Shown here one piece after another: positions 28,479 through 41,593 of a stretch of 64,000 nt of DNA. Under the pieces are notes generated by a model that saw only the letters and a list, made by a program, of their open reading frames with translations, did no database searches and was not told the origin of the DNA. The stretch is from NCBI RefSeq assembly GCF_009914755.1, contig NC_060929.1. One strand, given 5' to 3'. A program made the position numbers and the translations under genes. How positions within the stretch are numbered: position 1 is the stretch's first letter; each line of letters begins with the position of its first letter. The stretch is from the human T2T-CHM13v2.0 reference genome, Homo sapiens.

Positions 28479-28606
28479 CCCATTAATGCCAGAAGTTACA
28501 ATTTTGTGTGTGTGTGAAAAATTAGACCTTGGCGATGACCTTGAGCAGTAGGATATAAATAACTCCCGCTAGCTTAGCGTTCCAATAATGAAACACTAGG
28601 CATTAA
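28479..28606 (-). mobile_element. MER85 non-autonomous piggyBac element
   Basis: TTAA 28475-78, TIR cccattaatgcc, core agaccttggcgatgaccttgagcagtaggatataaataactccc, gttccaataatgaaac, ends ggcattaa. Confidence 0.9.
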
Positions 28607-30321
28607 GAGAAGATTTAGAAATGACCATTGAGTATATAAGGAAATGCTCAGCTTCACTAATCATCAGGGAAATGCAAATAAAAACGACAATAAGATCATC
28701 TCACCCCAGGTAAAATGGCTATTACCAAAAAGATTAAAAAGTAACAAATACTAGTGCGGTGTGGAGAAAAGGAACTCTTACACACTGTTGGTAAGAACAT
28801 AAATTAGGTCAGCTATTATGAAAACCATGTGGAGGGTCCTCAAAATGTTAAAAAGATAACTCCCACGTGGTTCATCAGTCTCACTACTCAGTATATACCC
28901 AAAGCAAATGAAACAAGTACATCAAACAGATATGTGCAGTCTCATGTTTATTGCAGCACTACTCCCAACAGCCAGGATTTGAAAGCAGCCTGTGTCCATC
29001 AAGAAATGAATGGATAAAGAAAATGTAGTATACAAACACGATGGAAATTCTTAAGCCATAAGAAAATAATGAAATTCCGTCATTTTTGGTAATATAGGTA
29101 AGTCTGGAGGACATGTTAAGTGGAATAAGCCAGGAACAGAAAAGACAAATACTGCATTTTCTTACTTACGTGTGGAATCTAAATAGTTAATCTCACAGGA
29201 GTAGAACATAGACCAGTGGTTACCAGAGGCTGGAAAGGGGACTGGGGGATAGGGAGAGTTGGCTTAACAGGTATAAAATTAGAGCTAGATAAGATAAATA
29301 ATTTCTAGTGTTCTATAGCATTGTAGGGTAAGTATAATTAATAATTTGTTGTATATTTTCAAATAGCTAGAAGAGAGGATTTTTATTCCCAAAACAAAGA
29401 AATAATAAATGTTTGAGGTGATGGATACAATAATTACCCTGATTTGATCATTGTACATTGTATACTTGTATTGAAATGTCACTCTGTACCACACAAATAT
29501 GTACAGTTATATATGAATTAAGAAGAATAAAATGTGTGGTTGCAGAAGCTGGATTCATCTATTACTCTATAATGGATAGCTTTCTACTTAGATCAAACCA
29601 CATTTTTGTACTTTTGATCATTTCCTTCATTTTTTTCTTGTAGAAAAAGTGATAGCAATTTATATGAAGAGGAATAACTTTAGAGTTGATTGGTGCCAGT
29701 TGTAGATCACTAATCAGCTGCTTCAAATAGGAAACCAGTTCAGTCTAATGTTTAATTTTTTCCATCCAGTTTATGAAATCAAAGTAAAACTGTTGAAATG
29801 TATCCTCCTGAAGGTTAAATATAAAAAATTCTGAGTATTATTCTATAATAAATTTAAAATGTCAACACTGAAGAGAAACGATTAATTTTCTGGTGACATT
29901 ATGAATACAAATGTTGATAAAAACGGTTTTCTAAAGTTGGAGATCTGCTTGCATTTGGATGTGGTGCACACATCATTCATAATTACATTCATACTGTCAG
30001 AAAGCAAAATGTGTTTATCGCAAAAAATTATAATTGCCAAAATTTGTAAATGCTTGTTCGTAGGTACAGAATACTAAATTACAAAATCTTATGATAATGC
30101 TGATGTTGAATATAAAAAATACTTCAGAATGGCATTATATGTTTTCCCTCTTTGTTGCTTGTCATCAATCTGATGCTGAAAAAAGTCTGAGCCTTTGATA
30201 TCTATTTTGTAAACCAATGTAAGTTTTTTATCACACTGAACTCTTTATAAACAAATACTCTAAATTTTGGCTGTACATTGTTCACAACTAGTTGGAATTT
30301 GTTTGTTCTCTTTTGTTTATC

Positions 30322-31060
30322 AAGGTAATATGTATATTAATTTTAAGTGTCCAGATTGGTGAATTTTGGTAATTGTGTGAAATCATTTAGCCACCGTGAT
30401 TGAAGTAGAGCAATTCATCACCACAAAATGCTTCCTCATACTTGTATGTATTCCATAATCTTTCTTCACCCTCACTCCAGGCAACCTTTGGTTTGCTGTT
30501 GGTCATAGTTTTACGTGTTATAGAATTTCATATAAGTGGACTTATAGAGTATGGAGTCTTTTATGATTGACTTATTTCTCTTAATGTAATGTTTTTGAGA
30601 TGAATCTGTGTTACTGTCTATATTGTCTATATTAATATTTCTTGTCTTTTTATTGCTGAGTATTCCACAGTATGAATTTACCACACTTTGTTTATTCATT
30701 TAATAGTGATGGCCACTTGTGTTGTTGCCAGTGGGGCTAATATGAATAATGCTACTATGAACATTTATATACTTGTTTTTGTTGGAATGTATATTTTCAA
30801 TTCTCTTGGGTAAATACCTGGAAGGAGAATTTCTGGATTATATAGTAATGAATCTAACTGTATAATGTAATGTCGCACGCATCACTAGTTACTGTACCAT
30901 TTTGCATTCCTACAAGCAATGTGTATGAGTTCCGAATGCATCAAATCCTTGTCAACACTTGGTAGTGTCAGTCTTTATGACTTTATCTATTCTAGTATGT
31001 AGTGATATCTCACTGTGATTTTAATTGACATTTTTCTGCTAATAAAGTTGAACACCTTTT
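30322..31060 (-). mobile_element. Old L1 (L1ME-like) 3' end
   Basis: tagaatttcatataagtgga; ttctcttgggtaaatacctgg. Confidence 0.8.
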
Positions 31061-31292
31061 GCTAAAACTTCTAAAAAATGATAAAATTTCTCATCCACAT
31101 TAAAATAACATTTAAACCTAAGTGCTAAGTGAACTTTTTAAAATATAAGCAAAAAAAAAAGAAAAAAAAAGAAAAGAAAAGAAAACAAGAAAAAAGTTTG
31201 AAAATAAGTATCTGAAAATAGGGAAAATAAATCATAATAACCTAAAAAAATGTAAAAGAACGGGTATAATGAAGAGGAGAAATTACTATAAT

Positions 31293-31515
31293 AGACCAGG
31301 CTGGGAAACATAGTGAGACCCCATCTCTCCAGAAAAAGATAAAATTAGCCAGGTGTGGTGGTGTGCACCTGTCACAGCTACTCCAGGAGGCTGAGTTGGG
31401 AGGATCATTTGAGCCTCGGAGATTGAGGCTGTGGTGAGTCATGATCATGCCACTGCACTCAAGCCTGGATGGCAGAGCAAGACCCTGTCTCAAAAAAAAA
31501 AAAAAAAAAAAAAAG
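31293..31515 (+). mobile_element. AluJ, 5'-truncated
   Basis: gggaggatcatttgagcc...gaggctgtggtgagtcatgatcatgcc...gaccctgtctc, polyA. Confidence 0.92.
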
Positions 31516-31599
31516 AAGAAAGAAACAGAGGAAATAATATAATAATATAGAAAGTGGTACCTCTAAAAACATGAAAAGAATAATACAAGAGACCAACTT

Positions 31600-32570
31600 T
31601 AGGAAGACGTAACAAGTTAAAATGAAAGAGAAAAATAACACAGTGAAGTGACAGGAAGACTGACACACGCAGGAAGTGAAAATAATGATATGAGCGCTAC
31701 ATGCATTACACTTTAAATTTTAAAAATGAGAAAATTTCTAAAATATTATAATTAAAAATTACTCAAATTACCCAGAATTAAGACAACATGATTAGACCAG
31801 TAAACATAAGAAATTTGATTGCTACTCAAGTCTCATCACTCTTAAGACAGGAGACCTAGATAATTTACAGGAAAGTTTAACCGAAACATGAAGAAAACAT
31901 AATATATCATTTAAAATCTCTTATAGAAATTAGAAAAAGCAATAATTCTCCCTAACTCAATTTCTATAGCTAGTATATTATCAATATCAAAAACCACACA
32001 ATTAAAATTCAATTAAGATGAGCACTATAAGGCAGCAATATCTTTGCTTATTTATATGAAAATTCTAACTATGTGAGATAATGGAAATGCTAGTTGGCTT
32101 GATTGCCTGTGATGATCATTTCACAATATATATGTATACAAATCTATCAAGTTGTATACCTTAATTTACACATTTTTTGTCAAATATACCTCAATAAAGC
32201 TGCAAAAATCTAAGTAAATTATGAATGAACTTAATATAACATTTAACCCAATACAATGATTATTGTGGTTTATTATAGCCATGCAAGTTTGTTTTAGTGT
32301 TAGATAGTCATAATAGCATCAGGCTAAAGTAGAAAAACAAAATGATTATCTCTGCAGGGCCATAAAAAAGTATTTCATGAATGCGTATTTAAGAAAATTT
32401 GGCTAAGTAGAACAGAATGAAATGCCATTGAATTGATTTTAAAATCTTAGCGAACTAGTAACAGAATGAAACTCCATTAGTAAGTTTCTCTCAAAATCCT
32501 ACAGCAAGCAATGTGCCCATTTATGAAAATTATTCAAATCTTTAGACATAAAGTCAAAGGTGGCTATAAG
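31600..32570 (+). mobile_element. Old L1ME-like ORF2 remnants with a nested short L1MB 3' end (~32066-32208)
   Basis: gacctagataatttacagga; taactatgtgagataatgg...acctcaataaagctg. Confidence 0.6.
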
Positions 32571-32572
32571 TG

Positions 32573-32948
32573 TGTATTAGTTCATTCTCACACTGCTATA
32601 AAGACACATGTGAGACTGGGTAATCTATGAAGAAAAAAGGTTTGACTCACAGTTCCACAGGCTGTACAGGAAGCACGGCTACCGAGGCCTTAGGAAATTT
32701 ATAATTATGGCAGAAGGCGAAGGAAAAACAGTCACTGTCTTCACATGGCCAGTGGGAGACAGACAGTGATGCGGGAAGTACTCCACACTTTTAAACAACC
32801 AGATCTCGTGAGAACCCACTATCATGAGAACAGCAAGGAGGAAATCTGCCCCCATGATCAAATCACCTCCCAGTAGTTCCCTCCCCCAACATTGGGAATT
32901 ACAATTTGACATGAGATTTGGGTGGGGACACAAAGCCAAACTATATCA
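32573..32948 (-). mobile_element. MaLR solo LTR (MSTA-like)
   Basis: tgtattagttcattctcacactgct...aaactatatca; TSD aagtg/aagtc. Confidence 0.92.
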
Positions 32949-33186
32949 AAGTCCTTTCAATTCCATTGGCTTATTCAAGGACTATTTTATTATTAAGAAG
33001 AATGCACCTATATTGTCTTGTTTTCCACTAACTGATTAGAGCTCAGAGACTGAAATTATGTGTGCACTCATAGATTACTGTCTATAGAAAAGGCCATCCC
33101 CAAAGTAAAAATCTTCTGCTGGTAGGGCATAGGGCATTGACTAGCTTTGTTTCTACATGTAAATTCATTTTAGGCTTACTTCATTT

Positions 33187-33207
33187 TATATATATATATA
33201 TATATAT
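33187..33207. repeat. (TA)n microsatellite
   Basis: Seen directly. Confidence 0.9.
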
Positions 33208-36200
33208 GAATTTACTTATGATCCTAACCTACCATTTGGCAGGTTTTGTCACTGATTAATGAATTGAATAAAATGTTGACACATGTTCTTTTACATTTGT
33301 GTAGAAGCCATGGTTTTAATTTTAAAAAATTGTACCTTATCAGTACTTAAAATAGAAACTTTAGAGACATTTACACTTAAGTTGAGAATAGCACATACAT
33401 GCTAGCTTCACCTTTATTATACAAGATTAAACTGTAAATTTATAGTTCTGTTCATTTATAAACATTTATATAAAATAAATAAATGAACAATTAGATAAAA
33501 GATTTGATATACAGGTGTTCATTTTGAAATATACTGGGCCCACTATCCTCCTGGCACAAATAAAAACATTCCATTAGTCCAACGGCTATTTATTATGTCT
33601 TCATAATATGCAAACCACAACCATGGAGTTTCATCCAAAGTGTATTCCTCTATTAGCAGTGACTTTAAAATGGAATAGCTTACGTATTTTATAATATCTT
33701 GAAACCATGGATAATTTAAGTTGAAAAAATTTACATCTTTAATAGAAATTTTGTCATCACTTAATTCATTTTACAGATATTTGTCAAACGGTCTTTCTGC
33801 ATCAGGCACTTGCTATTAGGATGATGGCCAACTGTAAGTACCTCCTTTAAAAGGAACATAGTCTGATCCAGCTGGTTGTTTAGGGAAAGCTGACAGATTG
33901 ATTACAACTACAAGAAGATTTGAAAACCACTAAGTGTCTGTGTTCCAACAACTTGACTTCTAATGCTTCTTATTCAAAAAAAATGGTAAAACCACCAACA
34001 CAAATGCCCATACCTGAAACCTAGAGCTCATGTTGACATTCCCTTCATGATCCTTTCAAGACATCAACATTTCCCACATTTTACCACTTCTCTATCAACC
34101 TTGTAGAAGGCTCCATCAATTCTAGCCAGGAAAACCAAATGGATTTTCTCAAGAAGCTGAACACACAGCCATTGGAAGATCTTTTAAAAGTAAATTTCTT
34201 GTGCTATTATCTAACTGAAATACTAATCCCAATGAAACAAAATAAGCAAAAGAAAAACTCTAGAATGTGTCAATGTGTACAATGGTAATAATAAATTAAA
34301 ACATCTAGTTTTCTCATAATGATATCTATCTTATTCTGCTCAAGGTGTAGACCATGAACTACTCCTTGTCCTTAAAATATTCATTAATGGTCCAAACTAG
34401 ACAGGTATACAGAAGTTAAGAGTAATATTTTAGAAATTGTATAGCAATTTGATACTGTTGTGATTATTTCTCTTATTTTACAAAAGCATCTTGCTGGAGA
34501 GAGTGAAAAAGATTTTTTTTTAAAACAAAACAGTATTTCACCAAATATATTTTAAGAAGCATAATCTAGCTTATAAAGCTACCAAAATTTTGTTAGACGA
34601 TAGCAAAAATTGCCAGTTTAATATGTTTTACAAGCTAGACATTCAATAAATATTTATTTTGACTCATATTCTCATATTATATGTAGAAATATTAACAGCC
34701 TTGAGTGTTCTATCTTTGGAAATAGTCAGGGAAACACTTCATAACCACCAGTCCAGTAAGAATTCAAAGTATATTGGAGATAGGCTTATATAATCTTACA
34801 TGTCTTCCAGTTTTACCATTGTACATACCAAACGATAATGTCTAAGCAGTATTTTCATTTATTTTTCTTATATTTCTTTCCAAGTAATAAAATTTGCTTC
34901 AATTTATGTACATAACAACTGCATATTTAAGCTTTGGTGGTAGCATACAAATTGGGTTTATTTGCCAAAAAGGGCATATGTGGTTTATCAACATTTCTAT
35001 GAGTTCTTATTACGATGAACCAATTGTTTTCACCTTTCTAATGAGAAAACTCACATGTGAATTTGTTAGGTTAGCTTGATCTGTAACATAGACATCTGTT
35101 AACCAGGAACAAAAATCTGTCTGGGTCAGGAACCCAATTATTTTCACACTTTCTTCTTCAGAACTGCCAAACAATGAATATTTTTGATTTCTAATAAGAA
35201 AATAGACATTTAACCAATGTTTATTTAGTTTGTAATAAGTTTCACCTTTGCCTTGTTTTCCAGCTTATATCTTCCCATTTCATTCTACTAATTTGAATTG
35301 CCATTGTTGCTTCAAGCTTGAATGCATTTACTTTTTCTTACTGTTGGAAAATGAATCCAGCTAGTCCTGGCACTGTGTACTAGGAACGATAATGCAATAC
35401 ATAATCAGGGTATTGCTTTTTATTGCCCCAAAGGGATTTATTTCCTTATTAAAAATTAAAGGTAGCAATACGATGTTTCCTTTTAAGTAAAAATATTTTT
35501 ATCTCAGATCTCAGTCACACTGAGTACATATGGCCGTTATTTATTATAAATCAGTTACCATATAGTAATTGAAATAAGAGTGAGGTTAAGAAGTCTAAAT
35601 TCATGTCACACGTTCCAAGGAGAGTCAAATTTTAGATGCAAAGTGAAGATTTTTTATACGGACTTATAATGTATATCTGTGAATTAGTCAAGAAACTTTC
35701 ATGGCATTCCTTGCGTGCACAGTACTGTGGAAGGCACACTGGAAGGTATAAAGTTACTAAAGGTGTTACCAGCCATTCAATTTGTAAAATGAGAAATATT
35801 TTTATTCAAATGAAAATGGATTTTGCAGGGAGTCTCCTAGGTCCATGCACAGAAGATATATGGTATCAGACTCGGTAAAAGAGAGAAATCAAGGTGGGAA
35901 TGGTTAAGTAACTTTTTGCAGCAGATAAGACTTTGAAGAAAGAGTAAAATTTATAAAGAATTTTTAGTCAAATGAAACATTTGGTATGACTCTGTCAGAA
36001 AAAGGAATGTCTAACTTCTAATGGGATAATATCAAGTATCCTTGAGGATATAGATACACATATAGATGTCTGAAGATTTTTTCATTCAACCACCTACTCT
36101 TCCTGTATAGACTCTGCATTCCTTAAGTGAAACACAACATAGACAAGTAAAAATATGACAATAAAAGGTACCAAATTTAGCCCTGAAAAGTATCCAACTT

Positions 36201-36452
36201 AACTTCAAATTTTGATGGTATAATTTGTCCAAACAATAACATACCCTTCTAGCATGTTTGCTAGAAGCTTGCAGCAATGTCTTATTTGATCCACCCCAAA
36301 TCTTGAGGTTTGATGTTGTTACATATATTTTGAACTTTCCTTCTTATCACTTATTTTATGTAGGTGGGAAGATTATCAGGTTTTTTTCACATGTATGGTG
36401 TGAAAAGTGGGCATTGAGAGTAGGTTTTTAAATAGTTTCAAAATACTAAGTA

Positions 36453-36914
36453 TTTTTAAAAACAGCTTTATTAAGATATAATTGACATAAAATCTGCCCA
36501 TTTAAAGGATATAATTCAATGATAGCAATCCAGCATAATCTAATTTTCAAACATTTTCATTGCCCCTAAAGAAATCCTGTACCCTCTAGCAGTTGCTTTC
36601 CCTTTGTGGCTGACCATTCTAGCCCTAAGCCATCACCAGTCTCCTTTCTATATACATAGACTTTTCTGTTCTGAACATTTTATATGAGTGAAATAATATA
36701 AGCATGATCTTTTATGACTGACTTGTTTTGCTTAGCATGATATTTTTAAGGTTCATCCATGTCATAGCATGTGTCAGCACTTCATTCCTTGTTATGACTG
36801 AATATCTTATGATGTATCCAAGGTGTGGATGCATCACATCTTGTTTATCCTCTTTCATCAGTTAATGAACATTTGGATTGTTTCCACTTTTTGGCTATTA
36901 TGAATAATGCTGTG
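36453..36914 (-). mobile_element. L1MB-like 3' end
   Basis: aacagctttattaagatataattgaca...ttggctattatgaataatgctg. Confidence 0.85.
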
Positions 36915-37228
36915 GGTTAACCCTGAGGACATTACACTAATTGAAAGAAGCCAGTCACAGAAAGACAAATACTGCATGAGTTCATTTACATGAAGTACTA
37001 TGACAGTCAAACTCACAAAGGCAGTGTGGAATAGTGGTTGTCAGGGGGTGGAGGAGAGGAAGAAACGGGGAGTTAATAATCAATGGGTATGAAGTTTCAG
37101 TTAGCAAGATGAGTAAGCTCTAAAGACCTGCTGTATAATATGGTACCTACAGTCAACAGTAATGTATTATATAATTAAAAATTTAACACGGTATATCTCT
37201 TGTTAAATGTTCTTACCAAAGTAAAATA
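36915..37228 (+). mobile_element. L1MA/L1MB-like 3' end
   Basis: ccctgaggacatta...agccagtcacagaaagacaaatactgcatga...tgttcttacca. Confidence 0.85.
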
Positions 37229-37292
37229 TCTTTTAGAAAGAAAACAGGTCCATACAAACACTTTTACATGAATGATCATTACTGCTTAGGTG

Positions 37293-37321
37293 TTTTTTTT
37301 TTTTTTTTTTTTTTTTTTTTT
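37293..37321. repeat. Pure poly(T) tract
   Basis: 29 consecutive T. Confidence 0.95.
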
Positions 37322-39439
37322 GATACAATATGCTGAAATAGTGACCGAGTCAATATAAATGGTACTGTAGGGTTGAGGGAAATTTTTAAAGAAAAGGTTA
37401 ACAGGAAAATCCTTGAATGAATCCAGAGAAATTTTCTTTTGTGTATCCTTGCCTCTGAGAATCTGTTTCTTCAATGAGAAATAATGGTGTAGGGAGCCCA
37501 CTTAGCGCAGCCAACAGCCTGTCAGTCTCATAATCTTAAATAATGGTGAAAAACAGATAATTTTTTAAATAATTAAATAATATGGAAAACAGATTCTAGA
37601 GGATCCACTAACGTATATCACTAAATATTAGCCCAGAGGTTAGACATTTATTTTTCATCTAGAATAATGTTGTGTAACTTTTATAAGTGAAAATATTATT
37701 CAATGATTTAGTATGTATTGAGTTATGATGAATAGGATTGTTAGAACTTCTTATCATTTGAAATTAGCAGAAGAGTACTACTTTTTAAAATCTTTCTCAC
37801 AAAAAATAATATCCAGATGAATATAAGCTCACAGTGTCTACTTTCATTAATAAAATCCATTAAAAAGTCCCTAAATTTTTCATGTTTTTTGTTAGATTTT
37901 AAAATTATGAGCATGTAAGAATATTTATCTGTTTCAAATCTTTCCAAGGGTAAGACCAGATAATAAAATTAAAGTTTTCCAAATGTGAGGGAGGTATTGA
38001 AACCTGTATATTAATATAATTTACAAAAAGAGTATCAGAGCTAAGGAAAGGGTCTGATAATAGTGGTCTGGTGAGACAAATGTAATGAAATTGGTCAGCT
38101 CTCCTAAACTATGGTGCTGGCTCTTTCAGTAAAAAGTACCATTATTTGCTCTGAAATCACAAAATTGTATTTGAATTAACTAACTTAAAAATTGTCTTAT
38201 TTCTCATGGTTTTGGTTATTGTCTGGATTCCTTCTAACTCTAAATTTTTATAATGTAATGTCATACAGTTCATGTATAAATACTAAGACTAGGTGTAATA
38301 TTTAATATGCCTAATACATCTATATATGTTGTATAACATGTAGTTTAGTAATTAAAGAATTTAACCACATAATTTTGCTTTGGGTTCTATTTATGAGTTG
38401 TTCTGCATGAAATACATTGTGGTTAAAAGAAAGGTAACACGTGCGGATTTGATTATGCCTCATCTGTCAGTAATCAAATGCCTGCATTGGCAATGCCAAC
38501 ATTTTTGAAAGACTCCAGGGCACATGTTTCCACAAAACTGAAGACCTGTGTTCCCAATTTGCATCTGATATACCAGTCAGGAACCTAATTATGAGCAGCA
38601 CACATAGTTTGTGCTTTTATGCTGTAAGTATTGCAATCATCAGGCTAATGAAGGTGAATAACTACATAAAGAGGGAGACGCATTTTGTTTGTCTTTGGAA
38701 ATCACTTTATAAGATTTTGGCAGCAGATATGCCTACCACTTCATTTTTTGGATAATGTTTAACATACTTTACATTTTCTTTCTATTTATTGACATAAGGA
38801 GGCCAAGAAGTACTCTGAGAGGCTAAAAGAATCCAAATTTGGATTCAAATTTTGCTACAGAAAATGGGAAGTGGGAAAAATGCAGACAAGTAATTGGAGA
38901 AGTGAGAATTTACTCCCTGTGTATTAATATAATGCATGATCTGTCAGAGATTCATCTTCTAGTTTTATAGATGAGCCAAAAATTCTTTCTGAATTCTCAT
39001 ACACTCCTCAGCTTTGCATTCTGCTTGATTTTTCTCCCTGCAAATAATTCAATAATTTTAATATTTAATATAAAGCTTTCAGAATGGTTTCATTGGCATT
39101 CCAGTCACTTATGGGCAAGGTATTAGGATAAATATTTCATTCTCCAGAGAGCACTGCATGCAATTGCTGCTGTTAGAAATTTAGTTCCTTTGAAAGCTAT
39201 CACTTGGTGTTGCAATAATATTTTAGAAATACAGTCTTTTAAATGTGGTCTTCTTTACTGCCAGGCAAACATGGCTCCAAGAGTATTATTTATCAGGGTC
39301 ATGACTCCAATTAATAGAATTGTGGTTCTTGTCTTTTTTAGAAACTATAATAATATTGCTTTTAATGTTTATAGTATTAATCTTACTTTGTAATATTTTA
39401 ACACTGTTTTGGCTTATAGCGAAGTTACAGAAAAAATAA

Positions 39440-39625
39440 ACTATATTTGGGGCCTGATGGCTTCAATTCAAGTCTGTTCCCCACTACTTAAAAACTATGT
39501 AACTTTTGGTAAGGTATTTGGGTTCTCAGAATGAATGTTAAACTGTTTATCAAATGAGATTAAAATGACCTTTGATAATCTCTTATGACTATAAACTAGA
39601 TCACAATAGATAATGAATGTGCAAT
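39440..39625 (+). mobile_element. MIR-like SINE remnant
   Basis: ttcaagtctgttccccactactta...tatgtaacttttggtaag. Confidence 0.55.
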
Positions 39626-40129
39626 TCTAATCAAACTTATAAGCTATATTACAAATTTAACTTCACTTCCAATTAACACATACGAAGTTTACAGAATGTG
39701 TAATAATAGTTATAATTAAATCCATAGTTCCCACTCTCAAGTAACGTGTTCATTAGAATTCATCGATCATATTATATAATCTTGATAATTTTATAGATGC
39801 TTTAGGGGATTCAATATAAAACACCCATATTTGTGCAAGTGCATGAGTGTATGTGTGCACACAACACACACGCTCTACAACTGCCACAAGAAATTTACAA
39901 TCCAGCTGCAAGTGAAAAATCAACATTCACATAAGATCTCTACAGAATCCCATAATTTAAATGTTAACTTGTGTAGTGCACCTAGATCATATGCAGTATG
40001 AAATTTCAAGGTAGAGGAAAGTTCTATGGGTAGTAGTGTCTCAGGTAATTTTATAGAAATTTTTGAGTAATAGAGTAGTTTAGGTTTGTAATTCAACCTG
40101 GGCCTTTCTGTACATACCTCCCACCAATC

Positions 40130-40525
40130 TCTTCCTTGTTTTCTGATCTCCAAACCCTGGAATCTCAAGGTTACTCTTGCCTGGGGCACCTTCTGTCTGC
40201 CTCAACCACTCTTTCTCAAGAGAGTCACATTACTCACTTCCTCACATTATGCAGGTCTCTGTTCCTATGCCTGTTGTGTACAAGACCTTTCTATACCACC
40301 TTAAATAAAATATCTGCTCCGTCCTGACCAAGCCCACTCTCTGGTTTTTACCCTACACTGTCTTGGCACTGATCACTCAGTATGTGCTACATACTCCAGG
40401 CATTCGAGGTAGTGCTATGACCTGCAGATCAAGTTACTGAGACACAGAATAATTAAGTGAACTCTCAAGGTGACATATTTGACATCAGAGCCAAAATTTG
40501 AGCCCCTTCAGACAGATTCCAGATT
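40130..40525. mobile_element. L2 (+) fragment followed by a MIR (-) fragment
   Basis: ctcacttcctcacattatgcaggtctctg; actgagacacagaataattaagtgaact...caaggtgaca. Confidence 0.5.
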
Positions 40526-41044
40526 TTTATAATTTATCCAGCTTTTCTAGCTGATGTTAATGGACACAGGCCTTGCCGGACATGCTCTCATCCACAGACA
40601 GACATTTCCAATTTCCCATTACATTTATGTAAGTGAAATAGCTTCTGAGTTAACAATTCTAATTCTTTAAAACTAATGTTTGGGAAGAATACCTCCAAAT
40701 TTTATCTCACATTTCAACTTTTATGTGCCTCCCTGTATTAAATTGCTCAAACCTGTCACTTCAGAAGAGTAAGAAGAAAAATGTGACACTTGAAAGAAGG
40801 AACTGTGGAGCCAGCAGCAAGGGTGAAAAGTTTTGCTGTTCAGCTTAGGGAGGGCATCTTGGGAAATTCATCTTCTTTCTGGGCCTAAATTTCATCTGTG
40901 AAAGAATATCTAGTCCACTGAATTGTCATGAGGGTATGGTAAACTGATACATTTAATTACTTAGTCTGGTTTTTCATAAGCACTATATACTTGCTGGTGT
41001 AAAAATAAGAGTACATTGCTTCGTATCGTATATATTTTACATAT

Positions 41045-41430
41045 TTTAAAAATTATGTTTATTTGGGGATAATTTTAGATTTACATAAAAGTGGCAAAAA
41101 TAGTAAAGAGATTCTCTGTGTATCCATGACCCAGTTTCCCTTAGTGTTAACATCTCACATAAAAACATGGTTCTTTTACTGGAGATTGGCAGTTAGAGAT
41201 CAATATCTGTGTGTCATCGCTCTGGTTTCTTTCGAAGTTTCATTTCATCTAGGCTTTCTCCCAGTGGACCAAGTTAGAAAATACATGTATATATACTAAT
41301 ATCTATATGCAGCATATCTATGTTGATTTCTATATTTATCTGTATGCATATATGTATATCTATCTATCCACCTCATCTATCCATTTCAAAATTAATGTTA
41401 GTTCACACCAATATCTCTTAATCTAAATAT
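41045..41430 (-). mobile_element. Old L1 (L1MC/L1MD-like) 3' end
   Basis: ataattttagatttacataaaagtggcaaaaatagt...acccagtttccc. Confidence 0.65.
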
Positions 41431-41593
41431 AAGTTTTAAAACAGACACTATCTATATACTTCTGTGACTTTAATAGAAGTGAAATTAATATTTTCATTTA
41501 AAATATTATTTGCTCTAAATTTTGCTGCTTTGTATAATTGACTATGTGGTTTTTAAAATCTCTCTGCACTATGAACAATATAAAATCTCCCTG

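Larger units (their letters stand above)
22056..29527 (+). mobile_element. Near full-length decayed L1MA (L1MA4-like): 5'UTR, ORF1, ORF2, 3'UTR
   Basis: ORF1 remnants 23258-24334 (EMPAKEFKIMILRKL; RHIIVKMSKVKDKERI); ORF2 from ~24477 (atgacagga); candidate TSD taaaatgtatg/taaaatgtgtg. Confidence 0.9.
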
